Source: a virus
Length of the DNA stretch: 64,000 bases
Virus record (IMG/VR): IMGVR_UViG_3300045988_054550
Location: 7,976-71,975 of that record
Reading direction: 5' to 3' (one strand)
Position 1 is the first letter of the stretch; each line of letters opens with the position of its first letter. A program made the translations under genes and the position numbers. The notes beneath the pieces are model-generated. The model searched no databases and was not told the origin of the DNA. It saw nothing but the letters and a program-made list of their open reading frames with translations. Shown here in pieces: positions 1 through 9,022 of the stretch.

Positions 1-434
1 TAATCATTAGCTTTCATCTCCTCCAGCTTCTTCTCAGCCTCTTCACGGGTAAGAAATACAGTTTTACCAAATCGGTCAACATAAGTGCTTACAGTTATAG
101 ACGAAAGATAAGTTGGATACACATAATATTCTTTTTTACTATCACATTCGTATTCACAGCCACTACAACTGTATTCATCAAATCTTGAACCACATTCTGA
201 GCAGACTGTCCATCTGGAAGAGATAATATATATTTCTTTATTATTAGCTGGCAACCTCACAAATAAGCCCTGTTCTTCTAAGTCTTCATAAGTGGCAAGC
301 TTTTTAATCATATTCTCTACTGTTTTGCAATTTCCTGCACCATGTGAGCAGCTATCGCAATATTCACCACACTCAAACTCTCGTTTTTCGTTATATGTGA
401 TACCATCATCTTCCCATTTTGTTAATCTCTCCAT
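1..434 (-). CDS. hypothetical Cys-rich phage protein (3' end runs off window)
   Basis: Hand translation from ATG 432-434 (AGGAGGTGA RBS upstream) is open to position 1: MERLTKWEDDGITYNEKREFECGEYCDSC... Not in the ORF track because there is no stop in the window. Confidence 0.6.
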   Translation of the reverse strand, partial: MERLTKWEDDGITYNEKREFECGEYCDSCSHGAGNCKTVENMIKKLATYEDLEEQGLFVRLPANNKEIYIISSRWTVCSECGSRFDEYSCSGCEYECDSKKEYYVYPTYLSSITVSTYVDRFGKTVFLTREEAEKKLEEMKAND

Positions 435-729
435 CTACTTCACCTCCTGCAATCTCATCGATGCACTGATTTCGACCATCGACCATACCGCACTGATAAT
501 CCGTCATATCATTCTCTGTAGTGCTCTTCTCCGGCAGTGGCTTCAATGGACACCAATCAGGTTTACCTTGACAATATCCATATTCACAATCAATCTTCTT
601 CATGAGACTTGCGTCTTTATCGTCATCTGAGATTGAACAACATGCTTCAACACCTTCATCTGTTTCATAACAGAATCTACAATCTAAGCAATTCTCTGGC
701 GTATCTATCACTAACACTGATTTACTCAT
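406..729 (-). CDS. hypothetical Cys-rich protein
   Basis: 107 aa ORF with several Cys pairs, tightly packed in the minus-strand operon. Confidence 0.5.
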   Translation of the reverse strand: MSKSVLVIDTPENCLDCRFCYETDEGVEACCSISDDDKDASLMKKIDCEYGYCQGKPDWCPLKPLPEKSTTENDMTDYQCGMVDGRNQCIDEIAGGEVDGEINKMGR

Positions 730-922
730 TTTCTTCCTCCTTAAAACTAGACCACACGCTCATACTGTCAACTTCACAATCGCAGTTATTGTAGTCAATA
801 TCTTCTGATGCCCGTGTTTTTGCTATTTCCTCAGCTTCTTCTTTTGTATCGGCTTCAATATCGTCATAATCAATTGATAAGCTCATTCCGACACTTACAT
901 ACCATTTACTCATTCGCTTCAC
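722..922 (-). CDS. hypothetical acidic protein
   Basis: 66 aa ORF whose ends overlap both neighbouring genes. Confidence 0.45.
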   Translation of the reverse strand: MKRMSKWYVSVGMSLSIDYDDIEADTKEEAEEIAKTRASEDIDYNNCDCEVDSMSVWSSFKEEENE

Positions 923-1148
923 TTCCTCTCAGCATCAGGCTCAAAGTATTGTACCCCGGACAAGTCCTGACTCCATTCCTGGTATCTCTTAACAATACAC
1001 AATAAGGATATAACGTCATAACCTCATAGACGTGTTCTGTGGCATCTTCGCCACGCTGGTCGATGTATTTGAAGCACTTTCCTGGTCTGAGAAAATATCT
1101 TGCGCATACATATGCTTTTGTCCCGAATCTTACGCTTGCACTACTCAT
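906..1148 (-). CDS. hypothetical protein
   Basis: 80 aa ORF in an operon-like overlap chain. Confidence 0.4.
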   Translation of the reverse strand: MSSASVRFGTKAYVCARYFLRPGKCFKYIDQRGEDATEHVYEVMTLYPYCVLLRDTRNGVRTCPGYNTLSLMLRGSEANE

Positions 1149-1426
1149 TCAATTCCACCCTCCTTCATGATTTTGATCAAATCATCAATAAGTGCATCTG
1201 AACAATCTTCACTGCATATTGTTTTTCCATCATCATTGTATTCACATGATCTACAATCAAAACTTGCTCTTCTGTATTCAATTTGGTTAATAACCTTGTC
1301 CACATCAAAAGCTGTCGACTGATTATCAATCAACATTTGTGCCGCATTTCTTGTGTCTTGCGCAAATTCACTTGCACCAACAAAAACTTCGTTAAAATCG
1401 ATCTTATCTGCATCAATCAGTCTCAT
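1145..1426 (-). CDS. hypothetical protein (start refined to MRLIDADK)
   Basis: Internal ATG at 1424-1426 preceded by GGAGGAG. The upstream part of the tracked ORF is better explained by a separate small ORF in another frame. Confidence 0.45.
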   Translation of the reverse strand: MRLIDADKIDFNEVFVGASEFAQDTRNAAQMLIDNQSTAFDVDKVINQIEYRRASFDCRSCEYNDDGKTICSEDCSDALIDDLIKIMKEGGIE

Positions 1427-1556
1427 ATTCTTCACACTCCTCCGCATATTCATAACTGTCCGTATCATCACATCTGCATTGGCAGGAATCCTGTTTAGTA
1501 CAGCAGATGCAGCACTCTCTTTCACCATCCGGACAATCTAATTTACATCTTCCCAT
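1413..1556 (-). CDS. small Cys-rich protein (47 aa)
   Basis: ATG 1554-1556 lies directly after the TAA of the upstream gene, with AGGAGGA RBS. Sequence MGRCKLDCPDGERECCICCTKQDSCQCRCDD... Confidence 0.4.
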   Translation of the reverse strand: MGRCKLDCPDGERECCICCTKQDSCQCRCDDTDSYEYAEECEEYETD

Positions 1557-1706
1557 TTAGTCCTCCTGAAGCTTTATCCCTCTTAAATGCTCGATAACTT
1601 TCTTCTGTTTCTCTTCTGTCTTGCAATGTATTACAATGTCATAAGTATCATCATATGCACCAAATGTGTCATCTTTGTTCTGAACAAGCGTCATTTCATC
1701 GCTCAT
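1557..1706 (-). CDS. small hypothetical protein (49 aa)
   Basis: ATGA start/stop overlap with the 1703..2041 gene. Below the 60 aa cutoff of the ORF track. Confidence 0.35.
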   Translation of the reverse strand: MSDEMTLVQNKDDTFGAYDDTYDIVIHCKTEEKQKKVIEHLRGIKLQED

Positions 1707-2041
1707 ATTTCTACCTCACTATCCTCTGGCATCTGAAATATCATTTTTTTCATAAAATCTTTTCTAATAGTTTTTGCAATTAATGTATTATCTTTTCCCC
1801 TCTGAGATTCATTAGCCGATTTGCAGACATCAGGAAGAAGAATTTCATTTAATTTTGCATCTCCATAGGCTTCCTGAATCATATCCAGTACCTTAATAAT
1901 CTTTTCTCTGCTAGAATAATTGCCGATAAAATACAAACTATCAATAAATATTGCGAAGCATTTTCCTCTTTCGCAAATACCAATAGTTTTTACAAAATCA
2001 ATATTCAATAACTGTTCTTTATCCTGACTTCTTATTAACAT
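1703..2041 (-). CDS. hypothetical protein
   Basis: 112 aa ORF. Confidence 0.5.
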   Translation of the reverse strand: MLIRSQDKEQLLNIDFVKTIGICERGKCFAIFIDSLYFIGNYSSREKIIKVLDMIQEAYGDAKLNEILLPDVCKSANESQRGKDNTLIAKTIRKDFMKKMIFQMPEDSEVEI

Positions 2042-2073
2042 ATTTCTCTCCTTTGAAATGCCAAATTCTTCTA

Positions 2074-2274
2074 CTAGCTCAATTTCTTACCACACATAGG
2101 GCAATAATTAATTTTAACAACCAATCCATTTGAATCATATCCATGAATATCATATCCGTATGCAATAAGTTTTCTATGATATTGAATTGCTATACCATAA
2201 TCATTAGTTTTACCTATTATAAGTGGAACACCTTTATCACAATATTTACATTTATTCATTTTTTTATTTTCCAT
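2074..2274 (-). CDS. small zinc-ribbon protein
   Basis: 66 aa with CKYC...CPMC pairs. Confidence 0.5.
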   Translation of the reverse strand: MENKKMNKCKYCDKGVPLIIGKTNDYGIAIQYHRKLIAYGYDIHGYDSNGLVVKINYCPMCGKKLS

Positions 2275-2573
2275 TATTCAATACTTACTTTCTTTCCAGA
2301 ATACATTTTCATCCGCTTCATCTTTTTAAGAAATAGTTTCATTTCATATCCTGTAAGACCAACACAAGTATTTCCAATTCCTTTATCATCTCCTAAATCT
2401 GGATCATATGACTGTAAAATATGTCTACCAGATTTTTTGTGTTCAATGACAACTTTTTGTGTAAAATTATATTTCTTATCTTTTCTTTTATATACACACC
2501 CATACTTGTCTTCTTTTTCTTTTGTAAATCCAATTTCTGCTAATTTCTCATCTACTGTTTTAAATAATTTCAT
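2274..2573 (-). CDS. hypothetical protein
   Basis: 99 aa ORF with abutting and overlapping gene junctions. Confidence 0.5.
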   Translation of the reverse strand: MKLFKTVDEKLAEIGFTKEKEDKYGCVYKRKDKKYNFTQKVVIEHKKSGRHILQSYDPDLGDDKGIGNTCVGLTGYEMKLFLKKMKRMKMYSGKKVSIE

Positions 2574-3012
2574 TTTGTGTCCTCCTTATCTTCATAATTC
2601 ATCACAATTGTAATTACCTGTACCAGAACTTTCTGAATCTGGTCGTAAATGTAATGATCGTCAGTTCCGAAATGAGAGCATAACACTGCGTTTCGTACAC
2701 CTTCTGCGTAACAATCAGCCATAAAATCAGTACTGTACACATCGTCTTTATTGTCAAGCTGTCCGTATTCTATCCACTGAGCTGTAATAAAATCTTCTAC
2801 TTTTTCATCCACTACATCGTAGCTGTTTTTGTCTCCGTTAATATGTCTTACGCAACAGTCAATAAATCCTAATCTGTCGCAATCTCTATAATCTTTTGTT
2901 GTCTCCTGTGTATATTCTCCAAATACACGATTGATTTCTTCGCAAAGTTATCTGGTAAATTAAAAATATCCACTTCCAGTCCTCTTGGAAGATTTATTGT
3001 GTAGCTTCTCAT
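2570..3012 (-). pseudogene. hypothetical gene split by a 1-nt frameshift near 2938-2946
   Basis: ATG 3010-3012 has an ATGA overlap with the upstream stop and opens MRSYTINLPRGLEVDIFNLPDNFA. The reading continues sensibly only in the -1 frame (EEINRVFGEYTQ...VVDEKVEDF...), which is the tracked 80 aa ORF. Confidence 0.45.
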
Positions 3013-3365
3013 TTTGTGTCCTCCTGATTTTTAAATTCCATCTTCAAATCGTAGACAAACTGGCAAAGCTTCTCTGCAACCTCATCCGCATTCTCTACAT
3101 TTGAAAGCTGCCTAACATACTGCTTACCGCAGATAACACAAGTCAACTTTCTGATTGTTTCCCAAACCTGCCATGAGATAATGGGAGAATCAAAAGCATC
3201 CGTCATCAGAGAATTTGCTCCGTGTCCATTCTCATCTTTGAACCACTTTTCTCTCGGTGCTTTTAATGTGGTTGCAACATCTTCTCTGGTAAGACAACCT
3301 TTGTATTTTTCGTCAATGCGCTTTTCCAGTTCATCCAGAAGTTCCTTCTTTTCCTGTTCTGTCAT
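3009..3365 (-). CDS. hypothetical protein
   Basis: 118 aa ORF. Confidence 0.5.
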   Translation of the reverse strand: MTEQEKKELLDELEKRIDEKYKGCLTREDVATTLKAPREKWFKDENGHGANSLMTDAFDSPIISWQVWETIRKLTCVICGKQYVRQLSNVENADEVAEKLCQFVYDLKMEFKNQEDTK

Positions 3366-3377
3366 TTTTATCCCCCT

Positions 3378-3617
3378 CTATTTAATACTGTCCAGAAATT
3401 TCTTAACCGCTTTATTTCCGCATTCACGGCTTGCCTGATCAACAATCCTGTCAATAATACGTTCTTTATCCTGATAGATAATCTCTCTGACGCATTCCTT
3501 AACAACTGTATCGGTTCTTCTTCTATCTGCCGAATACTCAGATTTATAGTCTCTAGCAACTATATTGAGAATTTCGTTTTTTAATTCTTCGTCAGAAATC
3601 TCGACTGTTATTTTCAT
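3378..3617 (-). CDS. hypothetical protein
   Basis: 79 aa ORF. The TAG stop is followed by a GGGGGA RBS for the next gene. Confidence 0.5.
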   Translation of the reverse strand: MKITVEISDEELKNEILNIVARDYKSEYSADRRRTDTVVKECVREIIYQDKERIIDRIVDQASRECGNKAVKKFLDSIK

Positions 3618-3680
3618 TTTCTACCCTCACTTTCCCCATGTAAGCAACTGACACGCTATTGTGCAGTCTTCCATGATTTC

Positions 3681-5063
3681 TTATCCAAATGCTACCTGCC
3701 CATTATTCTGCATGTAAATCATCGGCGCAGCTTTTCGCTCTCCGACTTTCAGATACGGGCAATTAGCTTTCACAAGTGCTTCTGCCATAACCGGCACAAC
3801 GCTGTTTCCAATTCTCGCTACTTGTTTTGCAATCGGGTAATTTCTCCATTTATAGTCCCGATCAATAATGTAATCTTTTGGAAATCCCTGCATCACCTTT
3901 AATTCTTCCGGCTTTAGCATTCTGAGAAAAATATCTGATATGATGTATTTCTCTCCATGAATATCAACCAGAACGTTTACCAGTCCGAACCTGTCTTTTG
4001 TGGTAATAGTCCCTAGTGGCTCGTTAAGCACCTGTCCGCATCCTGTTCCATAATATTTGACCAAGAATGCAGATATCACGCCGAAGTGCCCGGGCGATGT
4101 GGTTATTGTATGGAGCGGTTCGTCACATCCTTGACCGATTCCGGTCTTGTAATACTTTGTAATGAATGCAGTTACAAGTCCGTATCTGTTTGAGGTATCA
4201 ATGGTTTTTATCGGTTCAGTCAGCAATTGTCCTCTGGAATCACCTTGTCTGGTTTCTCCATGATACTGAATGATAAATGCCAATGCATCTTTGTTCTTTA
4301 CAATGTACGGTTCTGGATTATCGACGATATATTTTTTGATTCCATTTGCAATGCGCTTCTGTGTTGCTTCTGCCAGTGGTTTCGGACGGTCAAATATACT
4401 TTTACCTAAGTCTGACCAATCAATGTAATCTCCGCATTGCTCGTATGGCTTCAGACCGTCTGTCCCAAAACGATTATGTGTAGGCTTTGGCCATACTATC
4501 TGCTTTCCATCCATACGAAACACTGCGTACCACCTTTTTCGTGTCGTTGGTGCTCCATAATCTGCCGCTACTAATTCCCGGCTATCAAATTCATAGCCAA
4601 TGGATTTCATAGCTGCTATGAATTTGTTATAGTCTTCACCTGCTCTGCTCTTAATTGGCTTTCCTGACTCATCCAGAGGCCCACACTGCTGTATCTCCTC
4701 TACATTTTCCATAATGATTACATCTGGAAGAATCGCCTTTGCGTGCTTATATACAGCCCACGGAAGAATGCGAAGCCCCTGCTTTCTCGGCTGACCTCCT
4801 TTTGCTTTTGAATGGCTCGTACAATCCGGGGAAGCCCACATCAACGCTACGTGCTGGTTTCCGACATATTTCTGCAAGTCTACTTTGAAAATATCTTCTG
4901 TCAGATGCAGTGTTCCAGGGTGATTCGTCTTGTGCATCAGGATAGCGTCAGGGTCGTGATTGATTGCTATATCTACTGATCTGCCGAGCGCCATCTCAAT
5001 TCCTACTGAAGCGCCACCTCCGCCTCAGCCTGCGAAACAATCAATTATTAACTGTTTCTGCAT
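3681..5063 (-). pseudogene. DNA (cytosine-5)-methyltransferase interrupted by in-frame TGA (5025-5027) inside motif I
   Basis: Motif IV-like SPDCTSHSKAKGG and motif VI IMENV are present. Upstream in the same frame: ATG 5061-5063, MQKQLIIDCFAG-TGA-GGGGASVGIEMALGR, which is the AdoMet-binding FxGxG motif. The tracked ORF (3681..4994) would lack motif I. Confidence 0.75.
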
Positions 5064-5505
5064 CTGGCATCACCTCGCTTTCTCCGAACCCAAATTCCTT
5101 GTTAATATCAAAAGAATCAAATTCGATCTGTAATCCCATTTCTTCCTTAATTTCCTCGTATGCTGCTTCAACGCCGATTTCCTCAACATATCTTTCGGCT
5201 TCGGTAATCTTATCGATGAAATTCTGGTTTGCTTTCTTAAATCCCCATGCTTTCTTGATTGCAATTACAGAAATCAAAATATTTGCCACAGCAATATAAT
5301 CTTCTGCTTTCCACAGCTTTTCCTGTGATTCTTTGATAAGTTGCTCTTTAATTTCCTGCTCTCTGGCGTTCAAATATGCTTTAAGAGATTCAATTTTTAC
5401 TCCGGTCTGTCTGGATATCTGTTCCATTGTAAAATTGGTTACATTAAGTGGCGCAGGGATTGAGTTCTTTTGGATTTTTGGTTTTTTGATCTTCAATTTT
5501 CCCAT
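5041..5505 (-). CDS. hypothetical protein
   Basis: 154 aa ORF with a Lys-rich N-terminus. Confidence 0.5.
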   Translation of the reverse strand: MGKLKIKKPKIQKNSIPAPLNVTNFTMEQISRQTGVKIESLKAYLNAREQEIKEQLIKESQEKLWKAEDYIAVANILISVIAIKKAWGFKKANQNFIDKITEAERYVEEIGVEAAYEEIKEEMGLQIEFDSFDINKEFGFGESEVMPDAETVNN

Positions 5506-5750
5506 CCGACAGCCCTCCTTATTTTGCCTGTCAGAGCATCGAACTCCATCAGCATCCTCATATCGTTTTTATTTGATTTGCAGATTGTGTCCCGCCCATC
5601 GTACACAATCGCATATCTTTCATCGAGCAGATAGGCTGAATAAACCGCCCTTGATACCTGGCTTCTTGTTTTTCCTGTCAATTCTGATATTTCAGCAAGC
5701 GTCAGCTCCCCAATATACTTTGAACCGTCGTATACGTCATAAAGTTTCAT
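5493..5750 (-). CDS. small putative HTH protein
   Basis: 85 aa. The LTLAEISELTGKTRSQVSRAV segment looks like a helix-turn-helix. Confidence 0.4.
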   Translation of the reverse strand: MKLYDVYDGSKYIGELTLAEISELTGKTRSQVSRAVYSAYLLDERYAIVYDGRDTICKSNKNDMRMLMEFDALTGKIRRAVGWEN

Positions 5751-6000
5751 GTTTCTTTACTCCTATCAGTTCATATGTCCTGTGCGAGCCGTACCCGTTA
5801 AATGCAATCAGTCCATCTTCTTCAAACTGTCTCAGATGCCTCTGAACGGCGCTAACACTGATATCAAGTTCTTCGGAAATCTTCTTTGTTGGCGGCGTTG
5901 TTTTATGATATTTCGCATATTTTCTGATGAAGTAATAGATGTCCTTGCGGTTCTGCATACATTGCATGTGTTTTTGATGCCTTAATTCATCCATATTCAC
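5737..6000 (-). CDS. winged-helix DNA-binding protein
   Basis: 87 aa. KKISEELDISVSAVQRHLRQFEEDGLI resembles a MarR/LexA-N type wHTH. Confidence 0.5.
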   Translation of the reverse strand: MNMDELRHQKHMQCMQNRKDIYYFIRKYAKYHKTTPPTKKISEELDISVSAVQRHLRQFEEDGLIAFNGYGSHRTYELIGVKKHETL

Positions 6001-6593
6001 GATTCCTTTTCGTATGTTTTTTCATCAATCAAGTTCTGGAACTTTTCAAAAGCCCGAATTGATACTTTGTTATTCTGTTTCTCTGGCTTCAAAGAAACTT
6101 GCAAGTGCGTGTCTATGATATGCGACAGCTCTCTGGCAAGAGTTTTCTTTCCCTGCTGTACGCCTTGCATATATGTCTTTGGCGGTTTATACTGTCCTGT
6201 TACTTGCTTTCCTGTAGACTGCCCACCTGCTGTGATGTTATACATCTGAAAACCTTTGTCGGCAAAAGATTTGATCGTTTCAATTTCTTTCTGGTCGAGT
6301 TCACTTTTTTTGCACGTCATATATGTAAGCTTCCATCCAGTGGGGTTACTTTCACTGTAAAATTTATGTTTTTTAAGACTTAACGCTATGTGATCGTATT
6401 CTCCTAAATGGCTCGCGCATCTCTCACAAAGGCTAACTGCCTGCCCTACGTAGCTTCTTCTTATTCCTGCTTCATCTGTTCTGTAAAAAGCATATATGCC
6501 GCTTGAATATGGAATACCCGGGCATATTTCTTTTATTTTTTTCTCACGTTGACTTTTCATCATATAAATTTGTCTGTAATTTATTTTTTTCAT
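5997..6593 (-). CDS. GIY-YIG nuclease family protein (start uncertain)
   Basis: SGIYAFYR...SYVGQA matches the GIY...YVG motif. The 5' part of the tracked ORF overlaps the GATACCA operator array, so an internal Met is preferred. Confidence 0.6.
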   Translation of the reverse strand: MKKINYRQIYMMKSQREKKIKEICPGIPYSSGIYAFYRTDEAGIRRSYVGQAVSLCERCASHLGEYDHIALSLKKHKFYSESNPTGWKLTYMTCKKSELDQKEIETIKSFADKGFQMYNITAGGQSTGKQVTGQYKPPKTYMQGVQQGKKTLARELSHIIDTHLQVSLKPEKQNNKVSIRAFEKFQNLIDEKTYEKES

Positions 6594-6636
6594 TATTAAA
6601 AACTTATCACCTCGATTCATTCTTTGGTGTATTTTT

Positions 6637-6753
6637 GATACCACTATGATACCACTATGATACCATTTCAACACCTATATTGCAAGATAAAATGGTATCA
6701 CTTTGGTATCACTTTGGCATCTAATTGACACCGATAGACAAAAATGCTACAAT
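6637..6753. promoter_or_regulatory. operator array (3 direct + 3 inverted GATACCA-type repeats) plus TTGACA-17-TACAAT promoter
   Basis: gataccactat x2 plus gataccattt at 6637-6669. Inverted ggtatcacttt x2 plus ggcatc at 6694-6721. TTGACA at 6725-6730 and TACAAT at 6748-6753. Confidence 0.7.
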
Positions 6754-6780
6754 GTTCTAAAAACAAGGGAGGGATTTCAT

Positions 6781-6933
6781 ATGGCTAGCAATTCTGATAA
6801 GACCAGAACTAATATCACGTTCCCGATACAGCTCAAAGAACAACTTGAGCAGATTGCCAAGCAGGAGAACAGAAGTTTCAATAATCTGGTTATTACCATT
6901 CTCCAAGATTTTGTAAAAAGTGCCGATAAATAG
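6781..6933 (+). CDS. ribbon-helix-helix (CopG/Arc-like) repressor
   Basis: 50 aa. TNITFPIQLKEQLEQIAKQENRSFNNLVITIL has the typical RHH beta-alpha-alpha pattern. Sits downstream of a consensus promoter. Confidence 0.65.
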   Translation: MASNSDKTRTNITFPIQLKEQLEQIAKQENRSFNNLVITILQDFVKSADK

Positions 6934-7010
6934 TCGGTGCTTTTTAATTTTCCCTGTATGGTTCCGGGATTTCCATTTCCTGTCTGTTGTGTGTGCTGTT
7001 CCTCCCTTGC

Positions 7011-7280
7011 TTATGAAGTTGTGTTATTTTCTTTGTTATCCTCAATAGCTTTTCCAATACAAGCCATGACTGGCACAAAATCAAGCAAACATTCTCTTTC
7101 TACTGTTTTCGTTCCGCCTTTGTTGTGCCAACGTCCAACAATGTACAGACTTGCATTTGCAGTCAGAATATCTGTTTTCATATCCCAATAGTTGATGTGG
7201 ATTTCATATGCGCACCCCGGACTAATTGGATACACATAAATCCCTAATGTTTTCTCTTTCCAATTTTCAAATTTTTCCAT
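7011..7280 (-). CDS. hypothetical protein
   Basis: 89 aa ORF with AAGGAG RBS. Confidence 0.5.
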   Translation of the reverse strand: MEKFENWKEKTLGIYVYPISPGCAYEIHINYWDMKTDILTANASLYIVGRWHNKGGTKTVERECLLDFVPVMACIGKAIEDNKENNTTS

Positions 7281-7292
7281 AATTATCTCCTT

Positions 7293-8030
7293 TCAAAACG
7301 GGCATAAATTCAAATCAACATCCAGTCCCGGTCTTGCGATCTGCACCAGAACATCATCTCCTGCAACGTCCTGTATCTCTTTCTGCATCACTTCCGGATT
7401 CCCCCATCCCTCTGACAGGTGACATAGCGTTATAGTCCTGAGCGAAGCGGTCTTGTTCACTCGAATAATCTCTTTTACAGTAGATAAACTGCTGTGCCCC
7501 CGGATGGAGTGTTCAAACTTAAACGAATCCTGTTCTGGCGATTCGTCCAGATGATTGCATTCTATAAGGAAGTGATTTATTCTCATGTTCTTAAATGTGA
7601 ACGGCAAATATGAGAAGTCTGTCGCATATATCAGTCGCCCGCATTCCTCATGCGATATCAGGTACGCGAAGTTTGGTGTATTGTCGTGTGGGACGTAGAA
7701 CGGCGTTACCCGGAACGAACCTATGTCTTTTGGTTTCTTTTCTGGCAATCCGATCATCAGCTCCCCAGAGATTGCGTTTACGCTCTCAACCGTCTCGTCA
7801 TTGGTGTAAATCTGAATACCGGACTGCATAAGATTCTGAAATGATTTCAGGTGATCTCCGTGTCCATGGGTCAGCAGACAGCCCGAAACATCTGATATCC
7901 TATAAGAAATTCCTTTTAAAATCTCTGAATACTTGCATCCACAATCCAAAAGCAAGATTTCGCCGGATTCGGTCTTGAGCGTATAGCAGTTTCCGAGTTG
8001 ACTGCCTGTGTTTATCACTCTCATGAACAT
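7293..8030 (-). CDS. metallo-beta-lactamase fold hydrolase/nuclease
   Basis: LLTHGHGDHL matches the HxHxDH motif. Sits next to the recombination genes. Confidence 0.75.
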   Translation of the reverse strand: MFMRVINTGSQLGNCYTLKTESGEILLLDCGCKYSEILKGISYRISDVSGCLLTHGHGDHLKSFQNLMQSGIQIYTNDETVESVNAISGELMIGLPEKKPKDIGSFRVTPFYVPHDNTPNFAYLISHEECGRLIYATDFSYLPFTFKNMRINHFLIECNHLDESPEQDSFKFEHSIRGHSSLSTVKEIIRVNKTASLRTITLCHLSEGWGNPEVMQKEIQDVAGDDVLVQIARPGLDVDLNLCPF

Positions 8031-8045
8031 TTCGCCACCTCACTT

Positions 8046-8666
8046 TCAATACTCAAAATCCAAATTGCTTATGAAATTCACGATTTTCCCATCTTCGATC
8101 ACGACAAATTCTGTAACAAATTCATCAACCTGATTAAGACCAGTTTCTATATATTCATCTTGCTTATCATCGTATTTTTCAAACCATCTTTCTACGCCGT
8201 CATCAACAGAAGTGTTCTTCATTACAAAATACGGTATATCTTCCGATAACAGCTCTATTGCACTAGCAATCTTTTCGAATCTTTCAATGATGTGCTCTCT
8301 TTCTAGCACCGGGATATTATCTTCGGTGTCTCTGCAATAATTATTATTTTGCTTAATAAAGTCTCTTATTGCATTTGCCACACAGCTCTTATCTTTTGTG
8401 AAGAAAACCTGTTGTCCAGAAAATTCCCAGCAAATCCTGTCTACCGCATTGTCACAATTGTTAATTTCATTGTTTACTTCGTTCCAAAGAGAAGTATCAT
8501 GAATGATATTTCTCTTAAATCCATGACTTATTAATTTACTTGGCGGGATATATTTTTCTGTCAAAACATCCCACACAATAGGTGCAAACAGCCATGAATT
8601 TCCGAACTCTTCTATAACCTCTCCTTTGTAATCCTTATCAATTCCATATAAACTGCTATAACTCAT
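8046..8666 (-). CDS. hypothetical protein
   Basis: 206 aa ORF. Confidence 0.5.
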   Translation of the reverse strand: MSYSSLYGIDKDYKGEVIEEFGNSWLFAPIVWDVLTEKYIPPSKLISHGFKRNIIHDTSLWNEVNNEINNCDNAVDRICWEFSGQQVFFTKDKSCVANAIRDFIKQNNNYCRDTEDNIPVLEREHIIERFEKIASAIELLSEDIPYFVMKNTSVDDGVERWFEKYDDKQDEYIETGLNQVDEFVTEFVVIEDGKIVNFISNLDFEY

Positions 8667-8678
8667 TTTTTATACCTC

Positions 8679-9020
8679 TCAATCCTTTGGAAATCTGAAT
8701 ACAATGTTTGCTGGTTCGAATTTCACATCTGGGCTGTTAACCATTGTTTTGATGATTCCAAAACCTCTTGCAGCCATTTTTATGCATTCCTCGTAATCGT
8801 CATCGCTCATTTCAACGTTTTGCGCAAGAAACATTCCTGCATACACTTTATGCAAGGCTTTCATAGCTTTTTGGGCTTTTCCATTTGTCGAATAACGAGC
8901 TATAATTGTTCCTTTTTCACCAACTATCGGCACATATGCTATTATGATATTTCCTGTTCTACTTAATGCTGCGATTTCATAAGGAACATCAAATTCCCCG
9001 TTCTGACTTACTAATCTCAT
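8679..9020 (-). CDS. hypothetical protein
   Basis: 113 aa ORF. Confidence 0.5.
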   Translation of the reverse strand: MRLVSQNGEFDVPYEIAALSRTGNIIIAYVPIVGEKGTIIARYSTNGKAQKAMKALHKVYAGMFLAQNVEMSDDDYEECIKMAARGFGIIKTMVNSPDVKFEPANIVFRFPKD

Positions 9021-9022
9021 CT

